From: an archaeon
GTDB lineage: Archaea > AGJL01 > Methanococci > Methanococcales > Methanocaldococcaceae
Length of the DNA stretch: 44,462 nt
Reading direction: 5' to 3'
Assembly (NCBI GenBank): GCA_024278985.1
Contig: JAJRSC010000024.1
Span: forward strand, 1 to 44,462
Shown: positions 19,694 through 30,930 of the stretch, in pieces
How positions within the stretch are numbered: position 1 is the first letter of the stretch
Layout of the letters: each line of letters begins with the position of its first letter
Notes under the pieces: model-generated
Told to the model about the DNA's origin: nothing
Seen by the model: only the letters and a program-made list of their open reading frames with translations
Databases searched by the model: none
Made by a program: the position numbers and the translations under genes

Positions 19694-20137
19694 ATGAAAA
19701 AGGTCGTTGTTGGAGGAACATTTGATAAACTTCATAGAGGACATAAAGAACTGTTAAAATATGCATCTCAATTTGGTAAATTAATTGTTGGAGTAACTTC
19801 TGATGAATTTGTAAAGAAATATAAAAAACATGAAGTTGAGCCCCTATCCATAAGAATTAAAAATCTTAAGGATTTTTTAGACTCTCTAAATATAAACTAT
19901 GAGATTAAAGTTATAGATAATCCATTTGGAGATGCTATAAAAGAGGACTATGACATAATTGTAGTTACTCCTGAAACTTTAAATAATGCTGAAAAAATTA
20001 ATGAAATTAGAAAAAAGAATAATTTAAAACCTTTAAAGATAATTATATTTAACTATATATTAGCAAAGAATGGTAAGCCAATATCATCAACAAGAATAAG
20101 AAAAGGAGAAATTAATGGAGAAGGGAATATACTATGA
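19694..20137 (+). CDS. coaD: Phosphopantetheine adenylyltransferase
   Basis: [24 protein letters not shown]. Confidence 0.92.
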   Translation: MKKVVVGGTFDKLHRGHKELLKYASQFGKLIVGVTSDEFVKKYKKHEVEPLSIRIKNLKDFLDSLNINYEIKVIDNPFGDAIKEDYDIIVVTPETLNNAEKINEIRKKNNLKPLKIIIFNYILAKNGKPISSTRIRKGEINGEGNIL

Positions 20138-21138
20138 TAGGTTATAAGTTAAGTGGTGAGCATGAATCACTACCATATGCTGAGTTAAAAGCATTATTGG
20201 AGTTATTTAACTACAACTCAGATATAAAAAGATATGGAAGATATTGTATAACTGAAAAAAGTCCTGGAAGAGAAATAGTTAATAGAGCTGGATATATTGA
20301 TGAAAGCCATAAAATAATTTATATTCATAACAATTTAAATTTAGAAGAGTTCTATAATAGTATTAAAGATATAGATTTTAATTTTACTGGAACTTTTGCT
20401 GTTAGAACTTTAAAATTGGATAAAGAATATACAAAAGATATAAAGAGTTTAGATATTGAGAGAAAAGTGGGAGGTATAATTAAAGAAAAATCAAATAATA
20501 AAGTAAATTTATCTAAGCCAGATAATTTATTTAAAGTTATTTTATTAAAGGATAAAATTATCCTTGGGAAGTTAATAAATGAAAGAGATAGAGAATATTT
20601 TAAGAAAAATAGACCTCATTTAAGAAAATTTTTCCATCCAGGATGTATATTACCAAAACTTGCCAGGGCCATGGTAAATTTAGCAAGAGTAAAAGAGGGA
20701 GATATTGTTTTAGACCCTTTTTGTGGAACTGGTGGATTTTTAATAGAAGCAGGACTAATAGGGGCTAAACTTATAGGAACAGATATAGATTGGAGAATGG
20801 CATCAGGAACATTATTAAATTTAGAAGAATATAATTTAAATAATCAAATCTTAGGAATAAAGAAATTGGATGCTAAAAATATTAAAGATTATTTAAGAGA
20901 GTTAAATATTGATAAAGTTAATGCTATTATAACAGACCCTCCTTATGGAATATCTACAGCAAAAAAAGGAGAAATTGAGAATATTCTTTATGAACTTCCA
21001 GAAGTTATAAAAAAAGGAGGATATTTTGTTTTTGCATATAATAAATTTGTAGAGTTGGATTTGGAATTAGAAGGATTATTTAAAATATATATCCATAAAA
21101 ATCTTATTAGACATGTACATGTCTATAAAGTACTTTAA
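20134..21138 (+). CDS. tRNA (guanine(10)-N2)-methyltransferase (Trm11/Trm-G10), THUMP domain
   Basis: [31 protein letters not shown]. Confidence 0.88.
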   Translation: MIGYKLSGEHESLPYAELKALLELFNYNSDIKRYGRYCITEKSPGREIVNRAGYIDESHKIIYIHNNLNLEEFYNSIKDIDFNFTGTFAVRTLKLDKEYTKDIKSLDIERKVGGIIKEKSNNKVNLSKPDNLFKVILLKDKIILGKLINERDREYFKKNRPHLRKFFHPGCILPKLARAMVNLARVKEGDIVLDPFCGTGGFLIEAGLIGAKLIGTDIDWRMASGTLLNLEEYNLNNQILGIKKLDAKNIKDYLRELNIDKVNAIITDPPYGISTAKKGEIENILYELPEVIKKGGYFVFAYNKFVELDLELEGLFKIYIHKNLIRHVHVYKVL

Positions 21139-21718
21139 GACATTCAATAACAATTTTTTTGGCTATCTTGTTCAGAGTATAGGGTGTTATAGGTAGGCCA
21201 TCTTTAATAAATCTTTCAGTTCCTACAACGATATGCCCCTCTTTCTCTAAGTTTAATAATTTAGCAGGTCCTCTTGTATATAAAGCATCAGAAACTTTAA
21301 CTTTCTCATCAATACCAAAAACTCCATTTGTTCCAATGGTTTTAATATTATTTTTCCAGCAGTATTCTATAATTTTTTTGGTTATTGGAATTGTATCTCC
21401 ACCAGCTATACAAATAATAGCTACATCTCCCTTAATAAGAGATAAATTTTTTTCAGAAATATTTTCCCTATATGCAACAACTCTATCTCCAAAAAATCTT
21501 TTTATAAAATCAACCTTATACTCTCCTATTTTTCCTCCTAATTTTCTATGAATTATATCATTTTCTTCTATCTTTGCATTATCAAATATATAAAGCTTCT
21601 TTACTCCACCTCTATGCACTTCTAATAAATCAAATGCCACTCTAACCCCTAATCTACCACAACCTATTAAACTAACTTCTCCAAAAGGTTTAAGTTTATT
21701 TTCCAACTCTTCAACCAT
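21107..21718 (-). CDS. hcgE: FeGP cofactor biosynthesis protein HcgE (ThiF/E1-like)
   Basis: IGCGRLG, VHRGG, IAGGDT, TNGVFG and PITPY motifs. Confidence 0.82.
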   Translation of the reverse strand: MVEELENKLKPFGEVSLIGCGRLGVRVAFDLLEVHRGGVKKLYIFDNAKIEENDIIHRKLGGKIGEYKVDFIKRFFGDRVVAYRENISEKNLSLIKGDVAIICIAGGDTIPITKKIIEYCWKNNIKTIGTNGVFGIDEKVKVSDALYTRGPAKLLNLEKEGHIVVGTERFIKDGLPITPYTLNKIAKKIVIECLKVLYRHVHV

Positions 21719-23025
21719 TATATCATCTCAGCAACATAGATATTATCTTTATTTCTTAAAATTTTTACTTTGACTTTTCTTCCTAATAATTTCTCTTCAC
21801 TTTCTTTACAGTTAATTATTTGAATAACTCTATCCTTAGCAACTCCAATAACTTCCCCTTTTACTCTACCATCTAATACAACATCTACTAAAGTTTTTTC
21901 ACCTACTTTAAAAACATAGGGTAGTTTTTTTCTTCTATGAGTTCCAAAATCTTCAGGTTTTAAAATAAGTTTTACATTAATCCCTTTCTTTTTATATTCT
22001 TCCTCATAACTTTTTAATAAAGAATAAAATTTTTTATAGTTCCAAACTTTCATTTTTTTAGGTTTTCTACCTAATTGATAAACCTCACACAATTGACATC
22101 CTAAAATAGGGTCTTTTTTATTTGTGAGAGGATTTATAACATTCTGTTTAATTCTTAAATCTAAGTTGATAGTATAATCAATAACTTTTTTAAATTCTTC
22201 ATCATTGACATTGGGAAGTAATATAGGAGCAACCAATAAATGTATTTTAGAATTTTTTATATATTCAGCAATATCTAAAATTTTTTCTATCTTATAATCT
22301 CTTTTTCCAGCAAGCATTTTGGCCATTTTTTCATCAATTGCATTTATTGATAAGTTTATTCTATGTAATCCAGCCTCTTCAAGTTCATCAATTAACTTAT
22401 ATGATAATGGTACTCCATTACTTTGCATTGTTATAATGCCATCCTTATTTATTTCTTTAAGTTCTTGAACTAAATCTACAAGAGGATAGTATAATGAGGG
22501 TTCTCCTTGTCCATCTAAATGTGCCTCTAACTTTTTAATTCCTTTAAATTCAGCTAATTTTTTATATTCTTCAACTAAATAATCTAAATCTACATAAAAG
22601 TCATTTTTTCTTGTTTTTGAAAATTCTCCTTCATCAACAGAACAAAATATACAATTTAAATTACAACCACAGTGTCCTCTAACTTGGATTATATTCCTTC
22701 CTCTATCTATTAAACCAAAAGCAGTATGTCCTATTAGAGGAATATTTTGAGAGATGTATATAGTTCTCCTCTTAGTTATTTTACTCTTTAAATTTGTGGC
22801 AATATTGTAGGATATTAAATTTAATATTCCCATTTTTAAATTTTCTGCTCTTTTAGGATGTGTATTAATCTTTATTATACTTCCTTCAATCTCTACCTCA
22901 GGATAAGGAATATTAACCTCAGTGCAATAGTTTTTATTTATTTCTAAAATTAATTTATTTCCGATATTTTCAACATTAGTTATCATTTTAAATTTAGATA
23001 AATCTATTTGCATAACTATCAACAT
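21718..23025 (-). CDS. Radical SAM protein with C-terminal TRAM-like domain
   Basis: GCNLNCIFCSVDEG, AFGLIDRG, DGQGEP. Confidence 0.85.
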   Translation of the reverse strand: MLIVMQIDLSKFKMITNVENIGNKLILEINKNYCTEVNIPYPEVEIEGSIIKINTHPKRAENLKMGILNLISYNIATNLKSKITKRRTIYISQNIPLIGHTAFGLIDRGRNIIQVRGHCGCNLNCIFCSVDEGEFSKTRKNDFYVDLDYLVEEYKKLAEFKGIKKLEAHLDGQGEPSLYYPLVDLVQELKEINKDGIITMQSNGVPLSYKLIDELEEAGLHRINLSINAIDEKMAKMLAGKRDYKIEKILDIAEYIKNSKIHLLVAPILLPNVNDEEFKKVIDYTINLDLRIKQNVINPLTNKKDPILGCQLCEVYQLGRKPKKMKVWNYKKFYSLLKSYEEEYKKKGINVKLILKPEDFGTHRRKKLPYVFKVGEKTLVDVVLDGRVKGEVIGVAKDRVIQIINCKESEEKLLGRKVKVKILRNKDNIYVAEMI

Positions 23026-23147
23026 TTAACATTTAGTAATTTGTAATGAAAAATAATGAAAATATATTTATAAGATTAAGTATGTATTATTTAAGTAATA
23101 ACTTATTTAGCTAATAAAATAAAAATGATGTCTGTATTGGGGATTTT

Positions 23148-23696
23148 ATGATTGATGTTCCTGTTGTCATACTAATGAGCAAGCCGTTATTTGCAAGATA
23201 TAATACACCTATTAAAAAAGTTATGGAATTAATGGTTAAAAAGAATAAGAATTATTGTATTTTATTAGATGAAAATAATAATCCTGTTGGAATTGTTACA
23301 AGTACTGATATAATAAAATATTTAGTTATTAATAAAGGTAATTATAAAACACCAACTTATGAAATTGCAACTAAAAAATTAATTTCTGTATCTCCAAATA
23401 CTAAACTTGAAGAAGCTTTAGAAATTATGAGAAAACATAAAATTTCTAAGTTACCAATAGTAAATAATGGAAAAGTTGTTGGAGTTATAAGTGCTGATGA
23501 ACTTTTAGATGTTCTTCCATATATAATAGATGCTCTAAAAAGTTTAGCAGATTATTTAACAGAAGTTATTAATCAAGAAATTTCTAAGAAAGAAGAAAAT
23601 AATAAAAATGATAAACATGATGATAAAAATTCTAAAGATAATATAAAAGAAGAAGATATAAAAAATAACAAGATAATGTGTATAAATAAAGAATAA
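23148..23696 (+). CDS. CBS-domain protein with charged low-complexity tail
   Basis: Tandem CBS motifs (VGIVTSTDI, LPIV..VVGVIS). Confidence 0.88.
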   Translation: MIDVPVVILMSKPLFARYNTPIKKVMELMVKKNKNYCILLDENNNPVGIVTSTDIIKYLVINKGNYKTPTYEIATKKLISVSPNTKLEEALEIMRKHKISKLPIVNNGKVVGVISADELLDVLPYIIDALKSLADYLTEVINQEISKKEENNKNDKHDDKNSKDNIKEEDIKNNKIMCINKE

Positions 23697-24412
23697 TGTT
23701 GATAATTATGGTTTATGTTTCTGGAATTATTGATTTTTCTACTATAGATTATCCTAAAAAATCATCTTCTGTTATTTTTTTATCTGGCTGTAATATGAAG
23801 TGTAAATATTGCCATAATTTGCATTTTATTAGTAATAATAGATATAATCTATCTGTTGATGAGGTTATCAATAAAATAGATTTCTTTTTTACTGATGCTG
23901 TTGTAATTTCTGGAGGAGAACCAACACTACAAAGTGAAGTTATTGATTTAGCAAAAAAAATTAAATCCTTAGGATTTCCTATAAAAATAGATACAAATGG
24001 AACAAATCCAGAGATTATTGAAAAATTAATAAAGGATAATTTAGTTGATTATGTTGCCTTAGATGTCAAATGTAAATTTGATAAATATCCTGAACTTACC
24101 AACTATAAAGGAGATATCAAAAATAAGATATTAAAAATAATTAATATGTGCAAAGATAACAACATATTTATAGAGTGTAGAACAACATTTATTCCAAAAT
24201 TTATGGATGAAACAGATATTATAGAGATTTGTAAAACTATTAAAGATTGTGACTTATATGCAATTCAACAGTTCAATCCAAAAGATGCATATGATGATAA
24301 CTTTAAAAAACTACCTCAACCAAAAATGGAAGAACTTATAAAACTTGGAAAGTTGGCTAAAAAATATGTTAAGAATGTTGTTATTAGAGGAGACTGGATA
24401 GTAGAATTATAA
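23696..24412 (+). CDS. Anaerobic ribonucleotide reductase activating-like radical SAM enzyme
   Basis: STIDYP, GCNMKCKYCHN, SGGEPTLQ, IDTNG, ECRTT. Confidence 0.85.
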   Translation: MLIIMVYVSGIIDFSTIDYPKKSSSVIFLSGCNMKCKYCHNLHFISNNRYNLSVDEVINKIDFFFTDAVVISGGEPTLQSEVIDLAKKIKSLGFPIKIDTNGTNPEIIEKLIKDNLVDYVALDVKCKFDKYPELTNYKGDIKNKILKIINMCKDNNIFIECRTTFIPKFMDETDIIEICKTIKDCDLYAIQQFNPKDAYDDNFKKLPQPKMEELIKLGKLAKKYVKNVVIRGDWIVEL

Positions 24413-24432
24413 ATATTATTTTAAGGATAACC

Positions 24433-25416
24433 ATGATAAATATAAGAGAACTAAAAAGGTATGTTAATCCATTTTTTATAACAATTAGAAAAGACAAAAT
24501 TTTAGTAAATAATAAAAGAATGGCCAGATTATCAAAAAAAAAGATGCTTGAAATTGAGGACATTTTTGGAGTTCCTGTTATATATTCAAAAACATATGAA
24601 TATATCTCTACAAAAGTAGGAAGATTCATAACTAAGCATAAACTTCTTTCTCCTAAGGATGTTATTTTAGTTGGTTTTAGTGGAGGTAAAGATAGTTTAT
24701 TGCTCTTACATATGTTAGAGCCATATAGGAGAAAAATGGGAATTAAAATAATTGCTGTAACTGTTGATGTAAATATTTCTGGTGTAAGACCCTGGGAAAG
24801 TGAAAGAATTGATATATTAAAAAGAGAGTGTGATATGTTAGATATTCCATTAGTTGTTTTAAGATATGATAAAGATGTTTCCTACTTATCTGAACTATTA
24901 ACAAAACATTCTAAGGGTATGGGATTTTCTCCATGCTTTTCCTGTTCTATTGTTAAAAGATATTTAATAGGAAAGTATGCTAAAAAATTATCAGTGGAGG
25001 AAAATATACCCTATGAGAAAATAAAAATTGCCTATGGTCATAACTTAGATGATAATTCTGATACAATACTCTCAAATATATTTAAAGGAGAAAGAATAAA
25101 AATGATGAATCCTATAACAAAGTTCAATAAAAGGGTTGTTGATTTCATAGAGTTTAAACTTGAACTTGAAGATTGTACTATTATAAGACCCCTCTTACCA
25201 GTATTGGAAGATGATATAATTAAGGCATTAGAAGAATGTGGAATTAAATATTATAAAGATAAAGAAGTTTGCCCATACAGTAGAGAAAGAGGGGACAGTA
25301 TAAGAAGAAGATGTCATGAGATTTTAGAAGAACTTGAAAAAGAAATTCCAAATATCAGAGAAATGGTAGTAAGTTCTGCAATAAAAACAGTTGAATTTTA
25401 TAAAAAATCATCCTAA
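24433..25416 (+). CDS. TtcA/TtuA-like PP-loop ATPase (putative tRNA thiolation family)
   Basis: SGGKDS, PCFSC, GHNLDD, IIRPL, CPY. Confidence 0.85.
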   Translation: MINIRELKRYVNPFFITIRKDKILVNNKRMARLSKKKMLEIEDIFGVPVIYSKTYEYISTKVGRFITKHKLLSPKDVILVGFSGGKDSLLLLHMLEPYRRKMGIKIIAVTVDVNISGVRPWESERIDILKRECDMLDIPLVVLRYDKDVSYLSELLTKHSKGMGFSPCFSCSIVKRYLIGKYAKKLSVEENIPYEKIKIAYGHNLDDNSDTILSNIFKGERIKMMNPITKFNKRVVDFIEFKLELEDCTIIRPLLPVLEDDIIKALEECGIKYYKDKEVCPYSRERGDSIRRRCHEILEELEKEIPNIREMVVSSAIKTVEFYKKSS

Positions 25417-26785
25417 AGCTTCTTTTATAGCATCATAAACATTTTTACATAAAAATTCAATTTCTTCCTCAGTTATAGATAGTGGTGGATTAATAATAAC
25501 AACATTTCCAATAGGTCTCATATAAATTCCTCTTTTTAATAATGCCTTAGCAACTCTAAAACCTGCTTTGTATCCATATTCATATGGTTCTTTTGTTTTT
25601 TTATCTCTAACCAATTCAATCCCAATCATAAAGCCCCTACCTCTTACATCTCCAACATGTTCCAATTCTTTAACTTCTCTAATTAATTCATTTAACATTT
25701 TTATCTTTGGTTGTATCTTCTCAATAATATTTTCTTTTTCAAATATCTCCAAGGTAGCCAGTCCTGCAGAACATGCTAATTGGTTCCCTGTATATGTATG
25801 TCCATGATAAAAATGCTTTGCCTCTCCATAACTCTCCTAAAAATTCATTAAATATTTTTTCTGTTGTTAAAGTTGCTGCTAATGGTAAATATCCTCCAGA
25901 GATTCCTTTACCTAAACAAATAATATCTGGCTTTTTTAACTTTTTTAATTTTTTATTTTCAGAGAAGAACATTTTTCCAGTTCTACCAAAACCTGTAGCA
26001 ACTTCATCCAAAATAAGAATAATATCATTTTCTTTGCAAACTTTAGCAACTTCTTCAATATATCCATCAGGGTAGGGAATCATTCCAGCAGCTCCTCTAA
26101 TTCCAGCCTCAAGAATAACACAAAATATTTCATCTTTCTTTTCCTCTATTGTCTTTAACATCTCTTCTAAACATTTCATAGAACAAAGTTTTTCATTTCT
26201 TTCATCAGTATCTTTAAAGTTGTTGTATTTACATCTATAGCAGTATGGAGGATTAACATGATAACCTTCAAATAATAAAGGTCTAAATATCCCATGAAAC
26301 AATTCAGAGCCTCCTACAGACATTGCTCCAACAGTATCTCCATGATATCCTTCTTTAACAGAAATAAATTTTTTCCTTTTTTCTCCTTTTAAATAATAGT
26401 ATTGATAAGCCATTTTTATAGCAATCTCAACAGCTTCAGAGCCATCTTCAGAATAAAAAACTTTTGTTAAATGTTTTGGAGTTATATCCACTAATTTTTT
26501 AGCCAATAATATAGATGGAACATTTCCAGAACCAAGAAGTGTAGAGTGACATATCTTATCTGCTTGAGATTTTATTGCATCAATAATTTCCTTTCTACTA
26601 TGTCCAAATACGTTACACCATATTGATGAAACAGCATCTAAATATTTATTTCCATATATATCTATTAAATAATTCCCTTCTCCTCTCTCAATAATTAAAT
26701 TTTCTTCATTTATATAATCCTGCATTTGAGTATAAGGATGCCAAATATATTTTTTGTCCCACTCTTCCAAAAGTTTTTTATCCAT
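25408..26785 (-). pseudogene. bioA: Adenosylmethionine-8-amino-7-oxononanoate transaminase, split by a +1 frameshift near 25830 as assembled
   Basis: [40 protein letters not shown]; removing one base from GAGTTATGGA restores ..[15 protein letters not shown].. and joins ORF 25408-25752. Confidence 0.92.
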
Positions 26786-26813
26786 AAATAATCACTCAAA
26801 AAAGATTTTAATT

Positions 26814-27086
26814 TTAAAAGATATCATCATTATCATTAAAATCAAAATCATCATTATTATTATCATTTTCCTCAGATTCAGCAATATCTTCAATAGCATC
26901 AGCTATTAAACTACCAGCAACAACACCTGCAGCAGTTTTTAGTATATCTACATTATTATTTATGTTACTGTTACTATCATTAATAGCTGGAGAACTTCTA
27001 TTATTATAATTATTACTACCTCTTCCTGATAATAAATATCCAATAAATATTCCAATCATAATAGCAAATAATATCTCCAAAATCAT
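26814..27086 (-). CDS. Small membrane-anchored hypothetical protein with acidic tail
   Basis: N-terminal TM helix, Asn-rich linker, TAAGVVAGS helix, Asp/Asn-rich C-terminus; lies between pgk and bioA on the same strand. Confidence 0.75.
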   Translation of the reverse strand: MILEILFAIMIGIFIGYLLSGRGSNNYNNRSSPAINDSNSNINNNVDILKTAAGVVAGSLIADAIEDIAESEENDNNNDDFDFNDNDDIF

Positions 27087-27089
27087 AAA

Positions 27090-28334
27090 TTATCCCTTTT
27101 TAAATTTTTTATAGGATTCTTTTAACATTTCTATAACAGGTAATTTTTCCCCAGCTAAAAATGATAATGTTGCTCCTCCTCCTGTACTAATATGGTCTAT
27201 TTTATCTGCAAAACCATACAATTCTGCAGCAGCCCCTATATGGCCTCCTCCAATAACTTTAAATCCTTTAGAGTTTGCAATAGCCTCCAACAGTTTTATA
27301 GTCCCTAAAGCAAATTTTTCATTTTCAAATACTCCTGCTGGACCATTGGCAACTATTGTTTTAGCCTCTTTTATTATCTCACTGTATAACTCAATAGTTT
27401 TCTGTCCAATATCATTTATTGGATATTCTATTTTTCCATTTAGTTCTTTTTCTACTCTCTCACCATTTACATTTAAAGCAACATCTATAGGAGTGTAAAT
27501 TTTATCTTCATACTCTTTTAGTATTTTTTTAGCCTCTTCTATTAAATTCTCAAACCCCATATTTTTTATAACGTTATAGTTCTCCCCTAAATCATAACCC
27601 TTTGCTATTAAAAATATATTTCCAACAATTCCAGAGGTTAAAATGTAATCCACTTTATTTATGACATTTTTTATAACTTTTATAGAATCTTCTGCTTTTG
27701 CCCCTCCTAAGCAATATATACAGGGATTTTCTGGATTTTCTACAACTTTACTCAAAATTTTAACTTCTTTCTCTAATAATCTCCCTGCAATCATTGGCAT
27801 ATAATAAGAAAATCCTACTAATGATGGCTGAGCTCTATGACTTGCTGCAAAGGCATCATTAACAAAATAGTCAAAATATTTATAAAGAGACTTTATTAAA
27901 ATTGTCTTTGCTTGTTTTTTTGGTGTTATCTTTTCCCACTTTTTCCAATCACTTAAAACTTCTTCAGAATAAAATCTAACATTTTCTAACATTAAAACCT
28001 CTCCAGGTTTTAAAGATAATATTTTTTCTCTTGCTCTTTCTCCAATAACTTCATCTACATAATAAACATTTTTATTAATTATCTTACTCAACCTTTTAGC
28101 ATGTTCTTTTAAAAAAGTAAAATCTTTCTTTCCTGGCCTACTTTGGTGTGCTAAAATAACAACCTTAGCATTTTTATTTATTAACTCATTTACTGTTTTT
28201 TTAATTTCTCTTATTCTTTTGTCATCCAATATTTCCCCTGAACTTGGGTCTATAGGACAATTTATATCTACTCTTAAAACAACTGTCTTATCTTCAAAAT
28301 TAAAATCATCCATTGTCAGGAACATATCTCTCAC
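27090..28334 (-). CDS. pgk: Phosphoglycerate kinase
   Basis: [40 protein letters not shown]; likely start ATG at 28325. Confidence 0.96.
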   Translation of the reverse strand: MRDMFLTMDDFNFEDKTVVLRVDINCPIDPSSGEILDDKRIREIKKTVNELINKNAKVVILAHQSRPGKKDFTFLKEHAKRLSKIINKNVYYVDEVIGERAREKILSLKPGEVLMLENVRFYSEEVLSDWKKWEKITPKKQAKTILIKSLYKYFDYFVNDAFAASHRAQPSLVGFSYYMPMIAGRLLEKEVKILSKVVENPENPCIYCLGGAKAEDSIKVIKNVINKVDYILTSGIVGNIFLIAKGYDLGENYNVIKNMGFENLIEEAKKILKEYEDKIYTPIDVALNVNGERVEKELNGKIEYPINDIGQKTIELYSEIIKEAKTIVANGPAGVFENEKFALGTIKLLEAIANSKGFKVIGGGHIGAAAELYGFADKIDHISTGGGATLSFLAGEKLPVIEMLKESYKKFKKG

Positions 28335-29832
28335 CAGTTATAGACCTTTTTCCATAATCAACAACTTTAATATCTATAAACTCTCCTACATTAGCATTTC
28401 CTTTTATACCTACTAAAATAGGATATGTTCCTAACTGTCTTCCAAAATATAAATTATTTTCTTTAACTTCAACTAAAACATTTCTTAATATAGTCCCTTT
28501 TGGTAGAATTCTTTTAAGCATTTTATTATCTATCTCTTCTCTAATCTTTTCTTTAAACCATAAAAATAATTTTTTTCTTTTTTCAGCTTTTTTAATGTCC
28601 TTTTCTTTAATTTCAGTTCCATAAAATGGAACCACTTGCCTTATATTTATCCTTCTTAACATTAATCCCATATCATAAATCTCTTTTAAATACTCATAGT
28701 TAATTTTAAAAGTTTTTTTACTCTCTCCTTTTAATCCAAACAATAAATTTATTCCAGATAAAAGATATGGTAATCCAGTTTCTCCTCTCTTTCCTCCAAT
28801 CTCATTTAATATTTTAATGGCCTTTATAACATCTTCAGGGGTTGTATATAAATTATTTGCCTTAACAACTTTTATATCAAAACTTTCAACACCAAAAGCT
28901 GCAACATTTCCAGAAGTACAATATTTAACTAATATTTTAGTTATTTTCCTACTCTCATCTTCATATTTTGCTATTACTCCAGGATTTGCATTATCTATAT
29001 GTAAAACTTTTGGATTTAATGAAGATAATGATTTAAACAGTTTTTCAACAGCTTCAACATTTGGTTTGGGTATTTCTTCTCTCCCTATATCAATAGATTT
29101 ATAACTATATATACATGGCTGTCTTCCAACTCTAAAATATTTAGCTCCTTCATATGATAAAGCTTTTGCTTCTTCAAAAATGTCCTTCTCATCTCTAAAT
29201 TCTGGAAGTCCAAATCTTCTTGGTTCAACACAAAAAGAACAACCTCCAGTTAAAGCTCTTGAACAACCTCTATAACTTTCTAACTCAATTATAACATTTG
29301 GATAATTTGGATGCTTTTTTATAATCTTTGCCCCTCTTATAGCAATTTCTTTAAGTTCTTTATAACTTCTAAATCTCTCAGTATCTATTTTTTCAATACT
29401 TAAATTTTCTTCTAATAAGTCCTTTAAAACTATTTCAACATCTCCCTCTACAACAACATCAAAAATTTCCTTATATTTTTTCTCATCTTCTAACTTTCCT
29501 CCTATATATGATGACCCAAATTTTGTTGCTGCAGGTCCTGCTAAAATCTTTAAAGAGTTATATTTATAAACAATTTTTGCAAATTCTTTTAATGTTGCTG
29601 GTTTAGCAGTTAAATATTTTCCTGGTGTATGAAAACCACATATACATATTATTAAATCATATCTATCTAAATTAATTGGATTTTTTCTAAATTCATCAAT
29701 AGTTATATAATCTGTCTCAACATTAAATTTATCTAAAACTCCATAGCAATATCTTGGATAAGTCCCAATATATGGAGGAACTCCTAACCCTGCAGGTTCG
29801 TCAGTATAACCATCAAAAATTAACGCCCTCAT
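28306..29832 (-). CDS. Radical SAM protein with C-terminal TRAM domain (CX7CX2C motif)
   Basis: [44 protein letters not shown]. Confidence 0.85.
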   Translation of the reverse strand: MRALIFDGYTDEPAGLGVPPYIGTYPRYCYGVLDKFNVETDYITIDEFRKNPINLDRYDLIICICGFHTPGKYLTAKPATLKEFAKIVYKYNSLKILAGPAATKFGSSYIGGKLEDEKKYKEIFDVVVEGDVEIVLKDLLEENLSIEKIDTERFRSYKELKEIAIRGAKIIKKHPNYPNVIIELESYRGCSRALTGGCSFCVEPRRFGLPEFRDEKDIFEEAKALSYEGAKYFRVGRQPCIYSYKSIDIGREEIPKPNVEAVEKLFKSLSSLNPKVLHIDNANPGVIAKYEDESRKITKILVKYCTSGNVAAFGVESFDIKVVKANNLYTTPEDVIKAIKILNEIGGKRGETGLPYLLSGINLLFGLKGESKKTFKINYEYLKEIYDMGLMLRRINIRQVVPFYGTEIKEKDIKKAEKRKKLFLWFKEKIREEIDNKMLKRILPKGTILRNVLVEVKENNLYFGRQLGTYPILVGIKGNANVGEFIDIKVVDYGKRSITGERYVPDNG

Positions 29833-29837
29833 AATTT

Positions 29838-29897
29838 TCCCGATGATGATTAGTTTTTTCTGATATAATAATGATGAACCGTATGAGCTCTGAGGGA
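29838..29897 (+). ncRNA. Box C/D guide sRNA, similar to M. jannaschii sR8
   Basis: Stem TCCC/GGGA; box C ATGATGA 29843-29849, D' CTGA 29860-29863, C' ATGATGA 29871-29877, D guide ACCGTATGAGCT, D CTGA 29890-29893. Confidence 0.9.
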
Positions 29898-30010
29898 TTA
29901 TATTTAATTTTAAGTATAAAAAAGAATCAAAAAATGTTTTTATATGTTAATCTCTTTTTAAAATACAAAAAATAAAATATTTAAATTTAATAAGAAATAC
30001 TATTTTAAAA

Positions 30011-30826
30011 CTATTTAACACTTGCAGGAGTATATTCAACAGTACCTCTCTCTTTTATTGGTTGTTTATAAAGTTCCATAAGGTTATAAACTTCTTCTGG
30101 AACATCAGTCTCTACAGGAAGACCTAAACTTTTAGCTTCTTCATAAGTTATAGGATAATCATGAGTCCATCTACCCTCAGTTAATATCTTAGCAAGTTCT
30201 TTAGCTTTTTCCTCTCCAAGCTTATCCTTTAAAAGATAATAAACAAAATTTTGGACTTGTCTAATTGCTTTTTTTCCAACATCTGCCAATATTAGGGTTT
30301 TATCATCTACTTTATCCTTACCTTTTTCTTCTACTGCCTTAACAATACTTGGAGCAGGATACTGACCAAGTTGTGGGTCAACTGGCCCAAGAACGGCATT
30401 TTTATCCATAATAATCTTATCTGCTGCTAAGGCTATTAATGTACCTCCACTCATTGCATAGTGAGGAACTATAACCCTTTTTTCAGCTGGATGATTTTTT
30501 AATGCTTTAGCAATTTGAGTAGCTGCTAAAACTAAACCTCCTGGTGTATGGATTATTAAATCTATTGGTTTATCTTTTGGGGCTTCTCTTATTGCTCTTA
30601 AAATCTCTTCACTATCTTCAATATTTATAAATCTGTAAATTGGAATTCCAAATAATCCAATACTTTCCTGCCTATGAATTAAGGTGATAACTGTTGAATT
30701 TCTTTTATTTGATATTTCTTTTAGTAATCTTAATCTTGCAAGTTGCAACTGTCTATAATGTATTTGAGGAGCCATTATAAGATAAAAGAAAAATATCCAC
30801 CATAATAAACTAATAAAATCTATCAC
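30011..30826 (-). CDS. SDH-family (DUF114) Clp-fold serine protease
   Basis: IHRQE, LIIHTPGGLV, AMSGGTLIALAAD, LGPVDPQ, WTHDYP; start placed at GTG 30826 behind AGGTGA. Confidence 0.9.
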   Translation of the reverse strand: MIDFISLLWWIFFFYLIMAPQIHYRQLQLARLRLLKEISNKRNSTVITLIHRQESIGLFGIPIYRFINIEDSEEILRAIREAPKDKPIDLIIHTPGGLVLAATQIAKALKNHPAEKRVIVPHYAMSGGTLIALAADKIIMDKNAVLGPVDPQLGQYPAPSIVKAVEEKGKDKVDDKTLILADVGKKAIRQVQNFVYYLLKDKLGEEKAKELAKILTEGRWTHDYPITYEEAKSLGLPVETDVPEEVYNLMELYKQPIKERGTVEYTPASVK

Positions 30827-30930
30827 TACACTCACCTTTTTAATATAACAAAATATATATACCCCATACAACTTATATAAATATTGTTATATGATGGTGA
30901 CCCAATGAGGGGATGAACCATCTCTATAAA

